Assembly (NCBI GenBank): GCA_963771275.1
Contig: CAVYSW010000003.1
Coordinates: 544,001 to 608,000, forward strand
Direction of reading: 5' to 3'
DNA from: an uncultured Gemmatimonadales bacterium
Lineage (GTDB): Bacteria > Gemmatimonadota > Gemmatimonadetes > Gemmatimonadales > GWC2-71-9
DNA length: 64,000 nucleotides
Positions within the stretch are counted from its first letter, which is position 1. Every line of letters begins with the position of its first letter. The notes under the pieces are model-generated. The model made no database searches. It was not told where the DNA came from and saw only the letters and a program-made list of their open reading frames with translations. Shown here one piece after another: positions 54,470-64,000 of this stretch. A program made the translations under genes and the position numbers.

Positions 54470-55044
54470 TGACGCGGGACGAGGCGCTGGCGCTGATGCA
54501 CGAGTACACACCGTCTGAGGCGCTGCGCAAACACATGTATGCGGTGGAGCTCGCGATGCGGGCGTACGCGCGCAAGCTCGGCGAGGACGCGGAGCGCTGG
54601 GGCCTCGTTGGCCTGGTGCACGACTTCGACTACGAGCGCTACCCCAACGACACGCACTCCCCGACCGAAGAGCACCCGTCGTGGGGCGTGCGGCTGCTTC
54701 GGGAGCGCGGGCTCGACGAGCCTTCCTGCCAGGCGATCCTGGGCCACGCATCCTACACGGGGGTCGTGCGGACCTCGACCATGGCCAAGGCGCTGTTCGC
54801 CGTGGACGAGCTGTGCGGCTTCCTGGTGGCCTGCGCCCTGGTGCGCCCGTCCCGCAGTCTGGGGGATCTCGAGGTGAAGAGCGTCAAGAAGAAGCTCAAG
54901 GACAAGGCATTCGCGCGCGGTGTCAACCGGGACGACATCGTGCGGGGCGCCGAGGAGCTCGGCGTGCCGCTGGATGACCACATCCAGTTTCTCATCGAGG
55001 CCCTGCGGCCCGACGAGGGGCAGATCGGGCTGGGTGGGGCGTGA
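54469..55044 (+). CDS. HD-domain metal-dependent phosphohydrolase
   Basis: LRKHMYAVE, GLVHDFDYE, AVDELCGF, KKKLKDKAFARGVNR. Confidence 0.88.
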   Translation: MTRDEALALMHEYTPSEALRKHMYAVELAMRAYARKLGEDAERWGLVGLVHDFDYERYPNDTHSPTEEHPSWGVRLLRERGLDEPSCQAILGHASYTGVVRTSTMAKALFAVDELCGFLVACALVRPSRSLGDLEVKSVKKKLKDKAFARGVNRDDIVRGAEELGVPLDDHIQFLIEALRPDEGQIGLGGA

Positions 55045-55107
55045 CGCGCGGGGGCGGGCGGGCAGCCTGGGAGGGGGCGGCAGGGGTCTCAACGCCCCCG
55101 AGCCCCG

Positions 55108-55674
55108 ATGCGTAGTAAAGACGTACCGGACGCTGAGTTGGCTGCACGGGCCCAGGCGGGTGATCGTGAGGCCTATGGGGCCCTGGTGATGCGCTATGCC
55201 GCGCAGGCCCGGCGGGTGGCGCGGGCGATCCTGGGGAATCCGGAGGATGCGGACGACGCGGCGCAGGACGGGTTCCTCGCCGCGTTGCGGCACATAGGCC
55301 GGTACGATCCGGATCGCCCCTTCGGACCGTGGCTCGTGCGGATCGTCGCCAATGCGGCGGCGGACCGCCGGCGACGGCGGAAGGTGCGACGCACCGAGGA
55401 GCTGTCGCCCGTGGCCGCCACCGCGGCCCCGGGACCCTCGGAGGTGACGGACCGGCGGGCGCTGCGGGCGGCGTTGGAGACGGCCCTGGCGGACTTGCCG
55501 GAGCGGCAGCGGATCGCGGTGGTGCTGTTCGACGTCGAGGGATACAGCCACGCCGAGATCGCCGGGATGCTGGGCGTACCGGAGGGCACGGTGCGCTCGG
55601 ACGTGTTTCACGCCCGCCGCGGGCTGCGCGAGCCGCTGGCGGTGTGGCGGACCTGGAAGGAGCGAGACTCATGA
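55108..55674 (+). CDS. ECF RNA polymerase sigma factor
   Basis: DADDAAQDGF, FGPWLVRIVAN, LPERQR, YSHAEIA.MLGVPEGTVRS; exact start uncertain. Confidence 0.92.
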   Translation: MRSKDVPDAELAARAQAGDREAYGALVMRYAAQARRVARAILGNPEDADDAAQDGFLAALRHIGRYDPDRPFGPWLVRIVANAAADRRRRRKVRRTEELSPVAATAAPGPSEVTDRRALRAALETALADLPERQRIAVVLFDVEGYSHAEIAGMLGVPEGTVRSDVFHARRGLREPLAVWRTWKERDS

Positions 55675-56033
55675 ACAGCCAGTCGCCGTTCGATCATCAG
55701 CGCGATGCCGAGCTGGGGGCGATGCTGTTGGAGGTGCTGACGCCGACGGACGATGCGGTCTTCGTGCGGCGCGTGCTCGCCCAAGCCGGAGCATCACCGA
55801 CTTGGTGGGAAGTGCTGGACGGTTGGGCGCGCCCCGGGCTCGCGGCCGCGCTCGTCCTGGTGGCGCTGGCCGGCTTTCTGCTCGGCCGAACGCTGCGGCC
55901 GTCCGCGTCGGGCATGGCGCTCGACGAGCCGGTCCGGGCGGTGGCGGAGGGGGTCGGGGTTGCGGCGCTGTTCAGCGCTTCGGTACCCCCGGACGTAGAC
56001 ATGGTGGTGTTGGCGGTCAACAACGGGCAGTGA
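55671..56033 (+). CDS. Putative single-TM anti-sigma factor
   Basis: ATGA overlap with the ECF sigma gene; one central TM helix. Confidence 0.6.
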   Translation: MNSQSPFDHQRDAELGAMLLEVLTPTDDAVFVRRVLAQAGASPTWWEVLDGWARPGLAAALVLVALAGFLLGRTLRPSASGMALDEPVRAVAEGVGVAALFSASVPPDVDMVVLAVNNGQ

Positions 56034-56079
56034 GGGCGCGCGGGCAGCGCCCGCGCCCTGCAACGATAAGGGACCTGGC

Positions 56080-56490
56080 ATGCTGATGAACCGTTCGAAG
56101 ATCCTGGCCCTGGTGCTCCTCGTCGCCGTGTTCGTCGCGGGAGGGGCAGTAGGCATCGCGGCGTCGGGCGCCTGGCGGGGACACCGGGCGGGCGACGCCG
56201 AGCGCCGGGACCGCCGCGCGACGACCAGCTACGCCGATCGGCTGCAGGGCGAGCTCAACCTCTCGCCGGCGCAGCACGACACGGTGGAGCGCATCGTCAC
56301 GGGGTATCAGGGACACATGGATCGGATCTGGGCGGAAATGCGCCCGCGGATGGACTCCCTGCGAGACAACATTCGCGCCCAGATCACGCTGGTATTGGAC
56401 TCCACGCAACAGGCACGCTTCCGGGCGATGATCGCCCGCAGCGATAGCGTTCGCGCGGCACGCGCGCAGGAGGGACGTCATGGCCGCTGA
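56080..56490 (+). CDS. Spy/CpxP-like helical periplasmic protein
   Basis: N-terminal TM; LNLSPAQ and VLDSTQQARF LTxxQ-like motifs. Confidence 0.65.
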   Translation: MLMNRSKILALVLLVAVFVAGGAVGIAASGAWRGHRAGDAERRDRRATTSYADRLQGELNLSPAQHDTVERIVTGYQGHMDRIWAEMRPRMDSLRDNIRAQITLVLDSTQQARFRAMIARSDSVRAARAQEGRHGR

Positions 56491-57823
56491 CCGCGTGACG
56501 CGGATCGCGTTGGTATGCGCCTGCCTCGCCGGGGTGATCCCGGCGGCGGCACGCGCGCAGGACTCGACCCAGGTGCCGACCGTCACCCTCACCGAGGCCA
56601 TCGACCTGGCGCTGCGGGTGCAGCCGGCCGTGGTGCAGGCCCGCGGCGCCGTGACCAACGCGCAGAGCGGCAAGCGGGAGGCCCTCGGGGCCTGGCTGCC
56701 CACGATCACTTCGAGCGGCAGCTGGGGCCTGGCGTCCAACTCCCGGTACAACGCCGCGACCGGCACGTTCGTCTCGGCCGACCGGCAGGACTCCTACACG
56801 GCCGGCCTTTCGGCCAGCCTCACGCTGTTCGACGGATTCCAGCGGGCCGCCAATGGTCGGTCGGCCTCGGCGACGCTCGCCAGCGCGGACGCCAAGCTGA
56901 CGAACCAGCAGTTTCAGGTGACGCTGCAGGTCAAGCAGGCGTTCTTCAACGCGCTCGCCGCCCGCGAGCTGCTCCGCGTCGCGCTGACGCAGATCCAGCG
57001 GGCCGAGGAACAGCTCAAGGCGTCGCAGGAGAAGTTGGCGGCCGGCAGCGCCACGCGCTCCGACACGCTGCGGAGCCGGGTGGAGGTGGGGAACGCCCAG
57101 CTGGCGCAGCTCACCGCCCAAACGCAGCTCGCGACGGCGGAGGCCGACCTGGCGCGGCTGATCGGCTACGACGGCCCGGTTCGGGCGGTGGGCGACTCCA
57201 GTCTGTTCGTCATGGCCCCGTTCGACACGGCGGCCCTGCGGAACGAGGTGCTCCAGACTGCCCCATCCGTCGTGGCCGCGGAAGCGGACGCCAAGGCGGC
57301 GGCGGCGGCCGTCGCCGTGTCGCGGGCCGCGTACTTCCCGCAGCTCCGGGGGACGTTCAGCAACACGTGGTCGGGGCCCGTCGGCATCGGGACCGACTCG
57401 GTGACCAACCAGGCGCAGTACCTCACGTTCCGCCGCCAGTGGCAGGCGCGGCTTTCCCTGAGCTGGGACCTGTTCAACGGGTTCACCCGTGAGGGGGCGC
57501 TGAGCCGCGCCGTCGTGAGCCGCGAGTCGGCGGCGGCCCAGGCCGACGACGCGCGGCGGCTCGCGTCCGCGCAGCTCACGCAGCAGCTCGCCGCGCTGCA
57601 GTCCACGCGCAGCCAGATCGGGATCGCGATCGCGAGCCGGGCCGCCGCGGAGGAAGACCTGCGTGTCGTGCGCGAGCGCTACCGGCTGGGCGCGGCCACG
57701 ATCGTGGACGTGCTGACGTCGCAGGTGACGCTGGACCAGGCGGAGGTGAACGTCGTGCAGGCCGAGCTCAACTTCCTGGTGGCGCGGGCCCAGCTCGAGT
57801 CGCTGCTCGGGAGGTCGCTATGA
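56480..57823 (+). CDS. TolC-family outer-membrane efflux protein
   Basis: Signal peptide; [33 protein letters not shown]. Confidence 0.9.
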   Translation: MAADRVTRIALVCACLAGVIPAAARAQDSTQVPTVTLTEAIDLALRVQPAVVQARGAVTNAQSGKREALGAWLPTITSSGSWGLASNSRYNAATGTFVSADRQDSYTAGLSASLTLFDGFQRAANGRSASATLASADAKLTNQQFQVTLQVKQAFFNALAARELLRVALTQIQRAEEQLKASQEKLAAGSATRSDTLRSRVEVGNAQLAQLTAQTQLATAEADLARLIGYDGPVRAVGDSSLFVMAPFDTAALRNEVLQTAPSVVAAEADAKAAAAAVAVSRAAYFPQLRGTFSNTWSGPVGIGTDSVTNQAQYLTFRRQWQARLSLSWDLFNGFTREGALSRAVVSRESAAAQADDARRLASAQLTQQLAALQSTRSQIGIAIASRAAAEEDLRVVRERYRLGAATIVDVLTSQVTLDQAEVNVVQAELNFLVARAQLESLLGRSL

Positions 57824-58563
57824 CGGCCGCGCAGCACATGGACTTCCGGACCGGCGATCAGCCGCTGCCCGACATCGTCATCCTGACGCACAAGCTCGCG
57901 CGGGACTACCAGGTGGGCACGGAGACGGTGAAGGCGCTCCGCGGGGTGAGCATCCAGGTCCGGCGCAACGAGTTCACGGCGATCATGGGGCCGTCGGGCT
58001 CCGGCAAGTCCACGCTGATGAACCTGCTCGGGTGCCTCGACACGCCGAGCGCGGGCGAGTACTGGCTCAACGGCCAGAAGGTGAGCGAGCTGAACGATGA
58101 CGAGCTGGCCCGGATTCGCAACAAGGAGATCGGGTTCGTGTTCCAGACGTTCAACCTGCTGCCGCGCGCGACGTCGCTGCACAACGTCGAGCTGCCGCTG
58201 ATCTATGCCGGGTTCTCGGCCCGGCGGCGGCGCGAGCAGGCGGAGCACTCCCTCATGCAGGTGGGCCTCGGCGACCGCATGCACCACAAGCCGAACGAGC
58301 TGTCGGGCGGCCAGCGCCAGCGCGTCGCGATCGCGCGGGCGCTCGTCAACAGCCCGAGCATTCTGCTGGCCGACGAGCCGACGGGCAATCTCGACAGCGC
58401 CACCAGTGCCGAGATCATGAGCGTGTTCGAGGCGCTCCATGCCACGGGCCAGACGATCATCCTCATCACTCACGAACACGACATCGCCGCTCACGCGCAT
58501 CGCCAGATCCATCTTCTGGACGGGCACGTGGAGCAGGACGTTGTCACGAGAGCCGCATCATGA
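57820..58563 (+). CDS. ABC transporter ATP-binding protein (MacB/LolD type)
   Basis: [38 protein letters not shown]. Confidence 0.95.
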   Translation: MTAAQHMDFRTGDQPLPDIVILTHKLARDYQVGTETVKALRGVSIQVRRNEFTAIMGPSGSGKSTLMNLLGCLDTPSAGEYWLNGQKVSELNDDELARIRNKEIGFVFQTFNLLPRATSLHNVELPLIYAGFSARRRREQAEHSLMQVGLGDRMHHKPNELSGGQRQRVAIARALVNSPSILLADEPTGNLDSATSAEIMSVFEALHATGQTIILITHEHDIAAHAHRQIHLLDGHVEQDVVTRAAS

Positions 58564-60113
58564 CGCCTATCCCGCGATTTCCCGCAGCGGCCGCCGGCCT
58601 GGCGGTCGCGCTGTCCGTGGCCTGCCACAAGCCGCCACCGCCGCCGGTGTACGAGGCCGTTCCGGTGACGACCCGCGACATCGTCGTGTCGGCGAGCGCG
58701 TCGGGCGCGATCGAGCCGATCACCACGATCGAGGTCAAGTCGAAGGCGTCGGGCGAGATCGTCGATGTGGCCGTCGAGACGGGCGATCTCGTGCAACCCG
58801 GTCAGCTGCTCGTGCGCGTCGACCCCCGGGTCCCGAGCAACGCGCTGACGCAGGCCCAGGCCGATCTCGACGTCGCCAAGGCGCAGCTCGAGAATGCGCA
58901 GTCCCAGCTGCGCCGGTCGGACGAGCTCTACAAGACGCAATCGATCACCGAGCAGGAGTACGAATCCGCGAACCTGGCGGCGGCCAACGCCAAGGCGCAG
59001 CTCGTTCGCGCGCAGCGGTCGCTCGAGGATGCCAAGATCTCGTTCGAGGACACCGACGTGCGCGCCCCGAGCGCCGGCATGGTGATCAAGCGCACGGTCG
59101 AGAAGGGCACCGTGATCTCCTCCGCCACCAGCAACGTGAGTGGGGGGACGGTGCTGCTCACGATGGCGAACCTCGACACGGTGCAAGTGCGGGCCATGGT
59201 GGACGAGACGGACATCGGGAAGATCGAGGCCGGCATGCTGGTCACGATCACGGTGGACGCGTTCCCCAGCCGGCCGTTCGAGGGTTCGGTACTCAAGGTC
59301 GAGCCGCAGGCCACCACCACCCAGAACGTCACGATGTTCCCCGTGCTGGTGCGCATTCCCAACGCCGGCCTCCTGCTGAAACCGGGCATGAACGCCGACG
59401 TCGAGGTGCACGTCGGCGAGCGGCAGGGCGTGCTGGCGATTCCCAACGCGGCGCTGCGGACGCAGCGGGACGTCGCGTCGGCGGCCCAGGTGCTCGGGCT
59501 CACGATGGAGCAGGTGGAGCAGCAGCTCGCCCAGGCGAAGGAGCAGCAGCCCGGTCAGGGCGGCCAGGCGTCGCTCGGCGGGACGACCACGGCGGACTCC
59601 ACGCCGGCCAACGTGTACCGCACGCCTGACGGGCGCGAGATCAAGCTGCCGGCGGGCGTGACCGCGCAGCAGGTTGCGGCCGTGTTCGCGAAGATGCGCA
59701 GCGGGGGCGGCCCCGAGGCGCTGACCGCCGAGGAGCGGGCCCTCCTCCAGAAGGTGCGCGGCGCGATGGGCGGCGGCGGGCGGCTCGGCGGGACCAACGG
59801 CGCACGGCAGAACGGCAGTCGCGCCGGCGCGCAGAGCACGTCGGTGCTGTTCGGCGGCACGTACATCGTGTTCATGCTGAAGAACGGCCAGCCGACGCCC
59901 GTCGAGATCCGCACGGGCCTCACCGACCTCGACTACTCGGAGATTCGGAGCGGGCTCACCGCCAGCGACACGGTGCTGGTCCTGCCGAGCGCGAGCCTGA
60001 TCGCGTCGCAGGAGCAGGATCGCGAGCGCGCCAACCGGATGGCCGGCGGCGTGCCCGGCATGACCCAGGGCAGCACGCCAACCGGCGGCGGCCCGGGTCG
60101 AGGGCCCCGCTGA
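58560..60113 (+). CDS. MacA-like periplasmic adaptor (membrane fusion protein)
   Basis: [43 protein letters not shown]...SEI.SGL. Confidence 0.9.
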   Translation: MTPIPRFPAAAAGLAVALSVACHKPPPPPVYEAVPVTTRDIVVSASASGAIEPITTIEVKSKASGEIVDVAVETGDLVQPGQLLVRVDPRVPSNALTQAQADLDVAKAQLENAQSQLRRSDELYKTQSITEQEYESANLAAANAKAQLVRAQRSLEDAKISFEDTDVRAPSAGMVIKRTVEKGTVISSATSNVSGGTVLLTMANLDTVQVRAMVDETDIGKIEAGMLVTITVDAFPSRPFEGSVLKVEPQATTTQNVTMFPVLVRIPNAGLLLKPGMNADVEVHVGERQGVLAIPNAALRTQRDVASAAQVLGLTMEQVEQQLAQAKEQQPGQGGQASLGGTTTADSTPANVYRTPDGREIKLPAGVTAQQVAAVFAKMRSGGGPEALTAEERALLQKVRGAMGGGGRLGGTNGARQNGSRAGAQSTSVLFGGTYIVFMLKNGQPTPVEIRTGLTDLDYSEIRSGLTASDTVLVLPSASLIASQEQDRERANRMAGGVPGMTQGSTPTGGGPGRGPR

Positions 60114-61327
60114 TGCTGTCCGGCGAAATCTTCATGGTGGCGCTGAGCGCGATCCGCGCCAACAAGCTGCGCTCGGCCCTCACCATGCTCGGTATCGTGA
60201 TCGGCGTCGCGGCCGTAATCACGATGGTGGCGCTGGGTTCCGGCGCCCAGAAGGCGGTGCAGGAGCAGATCGCGCGGCTCGGGACCGATCTGCTGTCGGT
60301 CTATCCCGGCCAGTCCTTCATGCACGGGGTGGCGAGCCAGGAGCGCGTCAGCCTCAAGATGGACGACGTCATGGCGCTGGAGCACGGCGCGCGCGTCATC
60401 ACGAACGTGGTGCCCGAGATGTCGGGGAACCGGCAGATCAAGTACAGCAACGCCAACATCAACGTGAGCATCGTCGGCACGACACCGAACTACATCACCG
60501 TCAACAACTACAAGGTGGTGGCCGGGCACAACTTCACGCGCGGCGAGAACGAGGGCCGCCGCCGCGTCGCGGTGTTGGGAGGCGGCGTGCCCGCCATGCT
60601 CAACGCGAACGGGCCCGCCATGATCGGCCAGGAGGTCCAGATCGGCGGCGTGCCGTTCGAGATCGTGGGTCTGCTCGAGACGAAGGGCTCGAGCAACAGC
60701 TGGGACAACCCCGACGAGCGCATTCTGATCCCGATCCTCACGGCGCAGTACCGCGTGTTCGGCAACGACCGGGTGCGGTCCATCACGGTGCAGGTCGCGA
60801 GCGCGGACTCGATGAACCTCGCGATGCTCGAGATCGAGCGCGCGCTGCGCTCGGCGCACGGCATCCGGCCCGGGGCCGACAACGACTTCCAGATCCGGAA
60901 CCGCTCGGAGTTCCTCGCGACGTTTGAGGAGACGACCCGCACGTTCACGTTCCTGCTCGCGGGCATCGCGGCGGTGAGCCTGCTGGTGGGCGGCATCGGC
61001 ATCATGAACATCATGCTGGTCTCCGTGACCGAGCGGACCCGCGAGATCGGCGTGCGCAAGGCGCTCGGCGCCACGCGGCGCAGCATCCTGCTGCAGTTCC
61101 TCGTCGAGGCGATGGCGCTGTGCCTGCTCGGTGGCGTGGTCGGCATCCTGCTCGGCTCCGGCGGCGCGGTGCTGCTGTCGAAGCTCGCCAGCTGGAACAC
61201 GCACATCTCGATGCCGGCGATCGTTCTGGCGGTGGCGTTCAGCCTGGGCGTCGGGGTGTTCTTCGGGCTGTGGCCCGCGCAGCGCGCGGCGCGGCTGGAC
61301 CCGATTCAGGCGCTGCGGTACGAGTAG
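60113..61327 (+). CDS. MacB-type ABC transporter permease
   Basis: NKLRSALTMLGIVIGV, GGIGIMNIMLVSVTERTREIGVRKALGA, PAQRAARLDPIQALRYE. Confidence 0.95.
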   Translation: MLSGEIFMVALSAIRANKLRSALTMLGIVIGVAAVITMVALGSGAQKAVQEQIARLGTDLLSVYPGQSFMHGVASQERVSLKMDDVMALEHGARVITNVVPEMSGNRQIKYSNANINVSIVGTTPNYITVNNYKVVAGHNFTRGENEGRRRVAVLGGGVPAMLNANGPAMIGQEVQIGGVPFEIVGLLETKGSSNSWDNPDERILIPILTAQYRVFGNDRVRSITVQVASADSMNLAMLEIERALRSAHGIRPGADNDFQIRNRSEFLATFEETTRTFTFLLAGIAAVSLLVGGIGIMNIMLVSVTERTREIGVRKALGATRRSILLQFLVEAMALCLLGGVVGILLGSGGAVLLSKLASWNTHISMPAIVLAVAFSLGVGVFFGLWPAQRAARLDPIQALRYE

Positions 61328-61344
61328 GCGGCATTCGGATCAGC

Positions 61345-61390
61345 GGGGGAGAGGGGCAGAGATGCGATAGTCTCTGCCCTTCTGCGTTTC
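61345..61390 (+). terminator. 8-mer-family hairpin, probable terminator of the efflux operon
   Basis: GGGCAGAGA (61354-61362) / TCTCTGCCC (61371-61379), followed by TTCTGCGTTT. Confidence 0.6.
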
Positions 61391-61396
61391 TCCACC

Positions 61397-61402
61397 TATA
61401 AT
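61397..61402 (+). promoter_or_regulatory. Consensus -10 box, probable leaderless promoter
   Basis: TATAAT 5 nt before ATG 61408; no Shine-Dalgarno. Confidence 0.65.
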
Positions 61403-61407
61403 TCGCC

Positions 61408-63729
61408 ATGCACAGACCCAGCCTGATCGCTTTCCTGCTGGCCGCTCCGGCGGCCGCGACGGGGCAGCAGACCTACAACGGGCGGGCGGGCCAGCTGGAT
61501 GTCGCGCCGCCCCGCCTCACCGACCACGTCACCATCGACGGCATCCTGAGTGAGCCCCAATGGCGGCAGGCGGCCGTGCTCACCGGCTTCTCGCAATACC
61601 GACCGGTGGACGGGCGCCCGGCGGTGGACACGACCCAGGTCCTCGTGTGGTACGCCCCCGACGCGATCTACTTTGGGATTCGCGCGTTCGAGGCACACGG
61701 CGCGGTCCGCGCGACGCTCGCCGACCGCGACAAGATCGACAACGACGATTACGTCCAGCTGATCCTCGACACGTTCAACGACCGGCGGCGCGCGTTCGTG
61801 ATCGGCGTCAACGCGCTCGGCGTGCAGGCCGACGGCATCCGGTCGGAGGGCGGCGGCAACCACGCCGGCGGCCGGGGCGCCGGCGGCAACTTCGACAACG
61901 TCGACATGAACCCGGACTTCCTGTACGACGCCAAGGGCCGCGTCACGGAGTGGGGCTACGAGGTCGAGGTCCGGGTCCCGTTCAAGAGCATCAGCTACCA
62001 GTCGGCGGACCCGCAGCGCTGGGCGATCAACGTGATCCGCAAGTCCCAGCACTCGGGCTACGAGGACACCTGGACGCCCGCCGTGCGCGCCAACGCGTCG
62101 TTCCTCACGCAGTCGGGCAGCCTGGAGGGGCTCACCGACCTGCACCGCGGCCTGCTGCTCGAGCTGAACCCCTTCACGACCGGCCGGCTCGACGGCGCCC
62201 CGGACAGCACCGGTGCCTGGGCCTACGACGCGAAGCCGGAAGTCGGCTTCAACGTGTCGTGGGGGCTCACGACGACCCTCGCCCTGGACGGCACGGTGAA
62301 TCCGGACTTTTCGCAGGTCGAGGCCGACGTCGCGCAGGTCACCGTGAACGAGCGCTTCGCCGTGTTCTATCCCGAAAAGCGCCCGTTCTTCCTCGAGGGC
62401 ATCGAGCAGTTCAACACGCCGAACTCGCTGATCTACACCCGCCGCATCGTCTCGCCGGTCGCCGGCCTCAAGCTCACCGGCAAGGTCTCCGCGACCAACA
62501 TCGCGCTGCTCTCCGCGGTGGACGACAAGCTGGGCGGGACCGACAACCCGGTCGTGAACGCGCTGCGCGTACGGCGGGATCTCGGCCGGAGCTCGGCCGT
62601 GGGCTTCGCCTACACGGACCGGATCGTGGGGAGCGACTTCAATCGCGTCGCGTCGCTCGATACCCGGCTGGTGTTCGCCAAGCTGTACTATTTCGAGGCG
62701 CAGGTTGCCGGGAGCTGGACCCGCGAGGCGGGCGTGACGCAGACGGCGCCGCTCTGGGAGATGACCTGGGACCGCACCGGCCGCAACTGGGGGTTCCACT
62801 ACGTGTTCCAGGGGATCGACCCGGACTTCCGGACCGACGTGGGCTTCGTGCAGCGCACGGGCATCGTCAGCGGCCAGATCATGAACCGCATCACCACCTA
62901 CGGCAGCCCCGGGGCGACGATCGAGCAGTGGGAGACGTTCTACTCGTTCGGCGGGATCTGGAACTACGACGACTTCTGGCACTTCCCGGCCCCGTTGGAG
63001 GGCAGTGCCAGCGCGCGCAGCTCGCTCACGCTGCGAGGCGGCTGGGAGCTCGGCCTGACGCCCGCATGGTCGTCCGTCGCGTTCGACTCCACGTTCTACC
63101 GCGGGTACGCCCTGGACACTGGCACCGACACGATCCCGTTCACCGTTCCGGGGCGCGAGAACGGTCTGTGGGAGGTGGACCTGAGTGCCCAGACGCCGCA
63201 ACGCGCCTTCGCCGCCTCGGCGAGCGTCACACTGGGCCGCGCGGCGGCGTTCTTCGAGCCCGCCCCGGCCCGGGAGCTGGGGGCGTCGGCCAGCCTGGAC
63301 TGGCGGCCGACCGACAAGATCCGGCTGAGCGGCCAGTACTCGTACCTCGCGCTCAACCGCGTGCGGGACGGCAGCCGGCTCTCCACCGCGCATATCCCGC
63401 GCTTCAAGATCGAGTATCAGATCTCGCGCCCGATCTTCTTCCGGTTCGTGGGCCAGTACGCGTCCCAGAAGCAGGATGCCCTGCGCGATCCCGCGACCGA
63501 CCAGCCGATTCTGATCCGCGACGCCGACGGCCTGTACCAGCCGGCGGCGGCGGAAGTCCAGAACGACTTCCGCGTCGACTGGCTGTTCTCGTTCCGCCCC
63601 AGCCCTGGAACCGTGTTCTACGCGGGGTACGGCTCGAGCCTCACCGAGGGGCGGGCGTTCAGCTTCAGCGATCTGCACCGGGTCAGTGACGGGTTCTTCG
63701 TCAAGCTCAGCTATCTCTTCCGGGTGTGA
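61408..63729 (+). CDS. CBM9-like + DUF5916-like outer-membrane protein
   Basis: Signal peptide; IDGILSEPQW, LDTFND, TVNPDFSQVEAD, FYPEKRPFFLEG, YTRRI; beta-barrel-like end FFVKLSYLFRV. Confidence 0.85.
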   Translation: MHRPSLIAFLLAAPAAATGQQTYNGRAGQLDVAPPRLTDHVTIDGILSEPQWRQAAVLTGFSQYRPVDGRPAVDTTQVLVWYAPDAIYFGIRAFEAHGAVRATLADRDKIDNDDYVQLILDTFNDRRRAFVIGVNALGVQADGIRSEGGGNHAGGRGAGGNFDNVDMNPDFLYDAKGRVTEWGYEVEVRVPFKSISYQSADPQRWAINVIRKSQHSGYEDTWTPAVRANASFLTQSGSLEGLTDLHRGLLLELNPFTTGRLDGAPDSTGAWAYDAKPEVGFNVSWGLTTTLALDGTVNPDFSQVEADVAQVTVNERFAVFYPEKRPFFLEGIEQFNTPNSLIYTRRIVSPVAGLKLTGKVSATNIALLSAVDDKLGGTDNPVVNALRVRRDLGRSSAVGFAYTDRIVGSDFNRVASLDTRLVFAKLYYFEAQVAGSWTREAGVTQTAPLWEMTWDRTGRNWGFHYVFQGIDPDFRTDVGFVQRTGIVSGQIMNRITTYGSPGATIEQWETFYSFGGIWNYDDFWHFPAPLEGSASARSSLTLRGGWELGLTPAWSSVAFDSTFYRGYALDTGTDTIPFTVPGRENGLWEVDLSAQTPQRAFAASASVTLGRAAAFFEPAPARELGASASLDWRPTDKIRLSGQYSYLALNRVRDGSRLSTAHIPRFKIEYQISRPIFFRFVGQYASQKQDALRDPATDQPILIRDADGLYQPAAAEVQNDFRVDWLFSFRPSPGTVFYAGYGSSLTEGRAFSFSDLHRVSDGFFVKLSYLFRV

Positions 63730-63736
63730 GGCAACG

Positions 63737-64000
63737 GTGACCTTCGTCAGCGCGCTCGCCTGTCGCCGCTGCGGCACGCGCGCCGAGAAGACGGCGGTCA
63801 TCGGGTGCGCGGCCTGCGGGGCGCCGCTCGATCCCGTGTACGACTGGGACCGCATCGCCAAGGGCGTCACCCGCCCCGACGTGGCGGTCCGGCCGCGCAC
63901 GATCTGGCGCTATCGCGAGCTGCTGCCGCTCGACGCGCCGCCCCGGGTGAGCCTCCACGTCGGGTGGACGCCGCTGGTCGAGATCCCCCACCTGGCCGAT
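63737..64000 (+). CDS. thrC: Threonine synthase, N-terminal part (3'-truncated by window edge)
   Basis: GTG start; CRRC...CAAC..PLDPVYD, IWRYRELLP, SLHVGWTPLV; open to the window end. Confidence 0.85.
   Translation, partial: MTFVSALACRRCGTRAEKTAVIGCAACGAPLDPVYDWDRIAKGVTRPDVAVRPRTIWRYRELLPLDAPPRVSLHVGWTPLVEIPHLAD

Overview
A gene-dense, very GC-rich (about 70% by eye, not computed) bacterial chromosomal window. The gene content suggests Gemmatimonadota (inference only). It carries about 60 CDSs and no rRNA, tRNA, CRISPR array, integrase or transposase that I can support. Housekeeping and metabolic genes include ilvE, a Kgd/OdhA-type fused sucA, a polyphosphate:AMP phosphotransferase, metH plus a YitJ-type methyltransferase/MTHFR plus a MetF-like gene, deoC, an acyl-CoA dehydrogenase, a large single-chain purL, nth, an asnB-like gene and the 5' end of thrC. 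Accessory modules are a VapBC-type toxin-antitoxin pair, an HTH/nucleotidyltransferase pair, a sigma54-preceded minor-pilin operon with two PilX-like paralogues, two HEAT-repeat paralogues and an ECF sigma/anti-sigma/MacAB-TolC operon. The main non-obvious signals are five. (1) A SAM-II riboswitch upstream of metH with an apparent terminator/antiterminator platform. (2) Inverted arrays of a 7-mer (AGTGAAA/TTTCACT) bracket metH-yitJ and supply stop codons. (3) An 8-mer family (GGGCAGAG) occurs both between genes and in frame inside proteins, including two same-phase direct copies that bracket the E2 domain of Kgd. (4) An HDAC-family deacetylase carries a C-terminal domain with GNAT-like motif order. 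(5) Many genes have a -10 box 5-8 nt before the start codon, suggesting leaderless mRNAs. All family calls come from motif recognition, not database searches.
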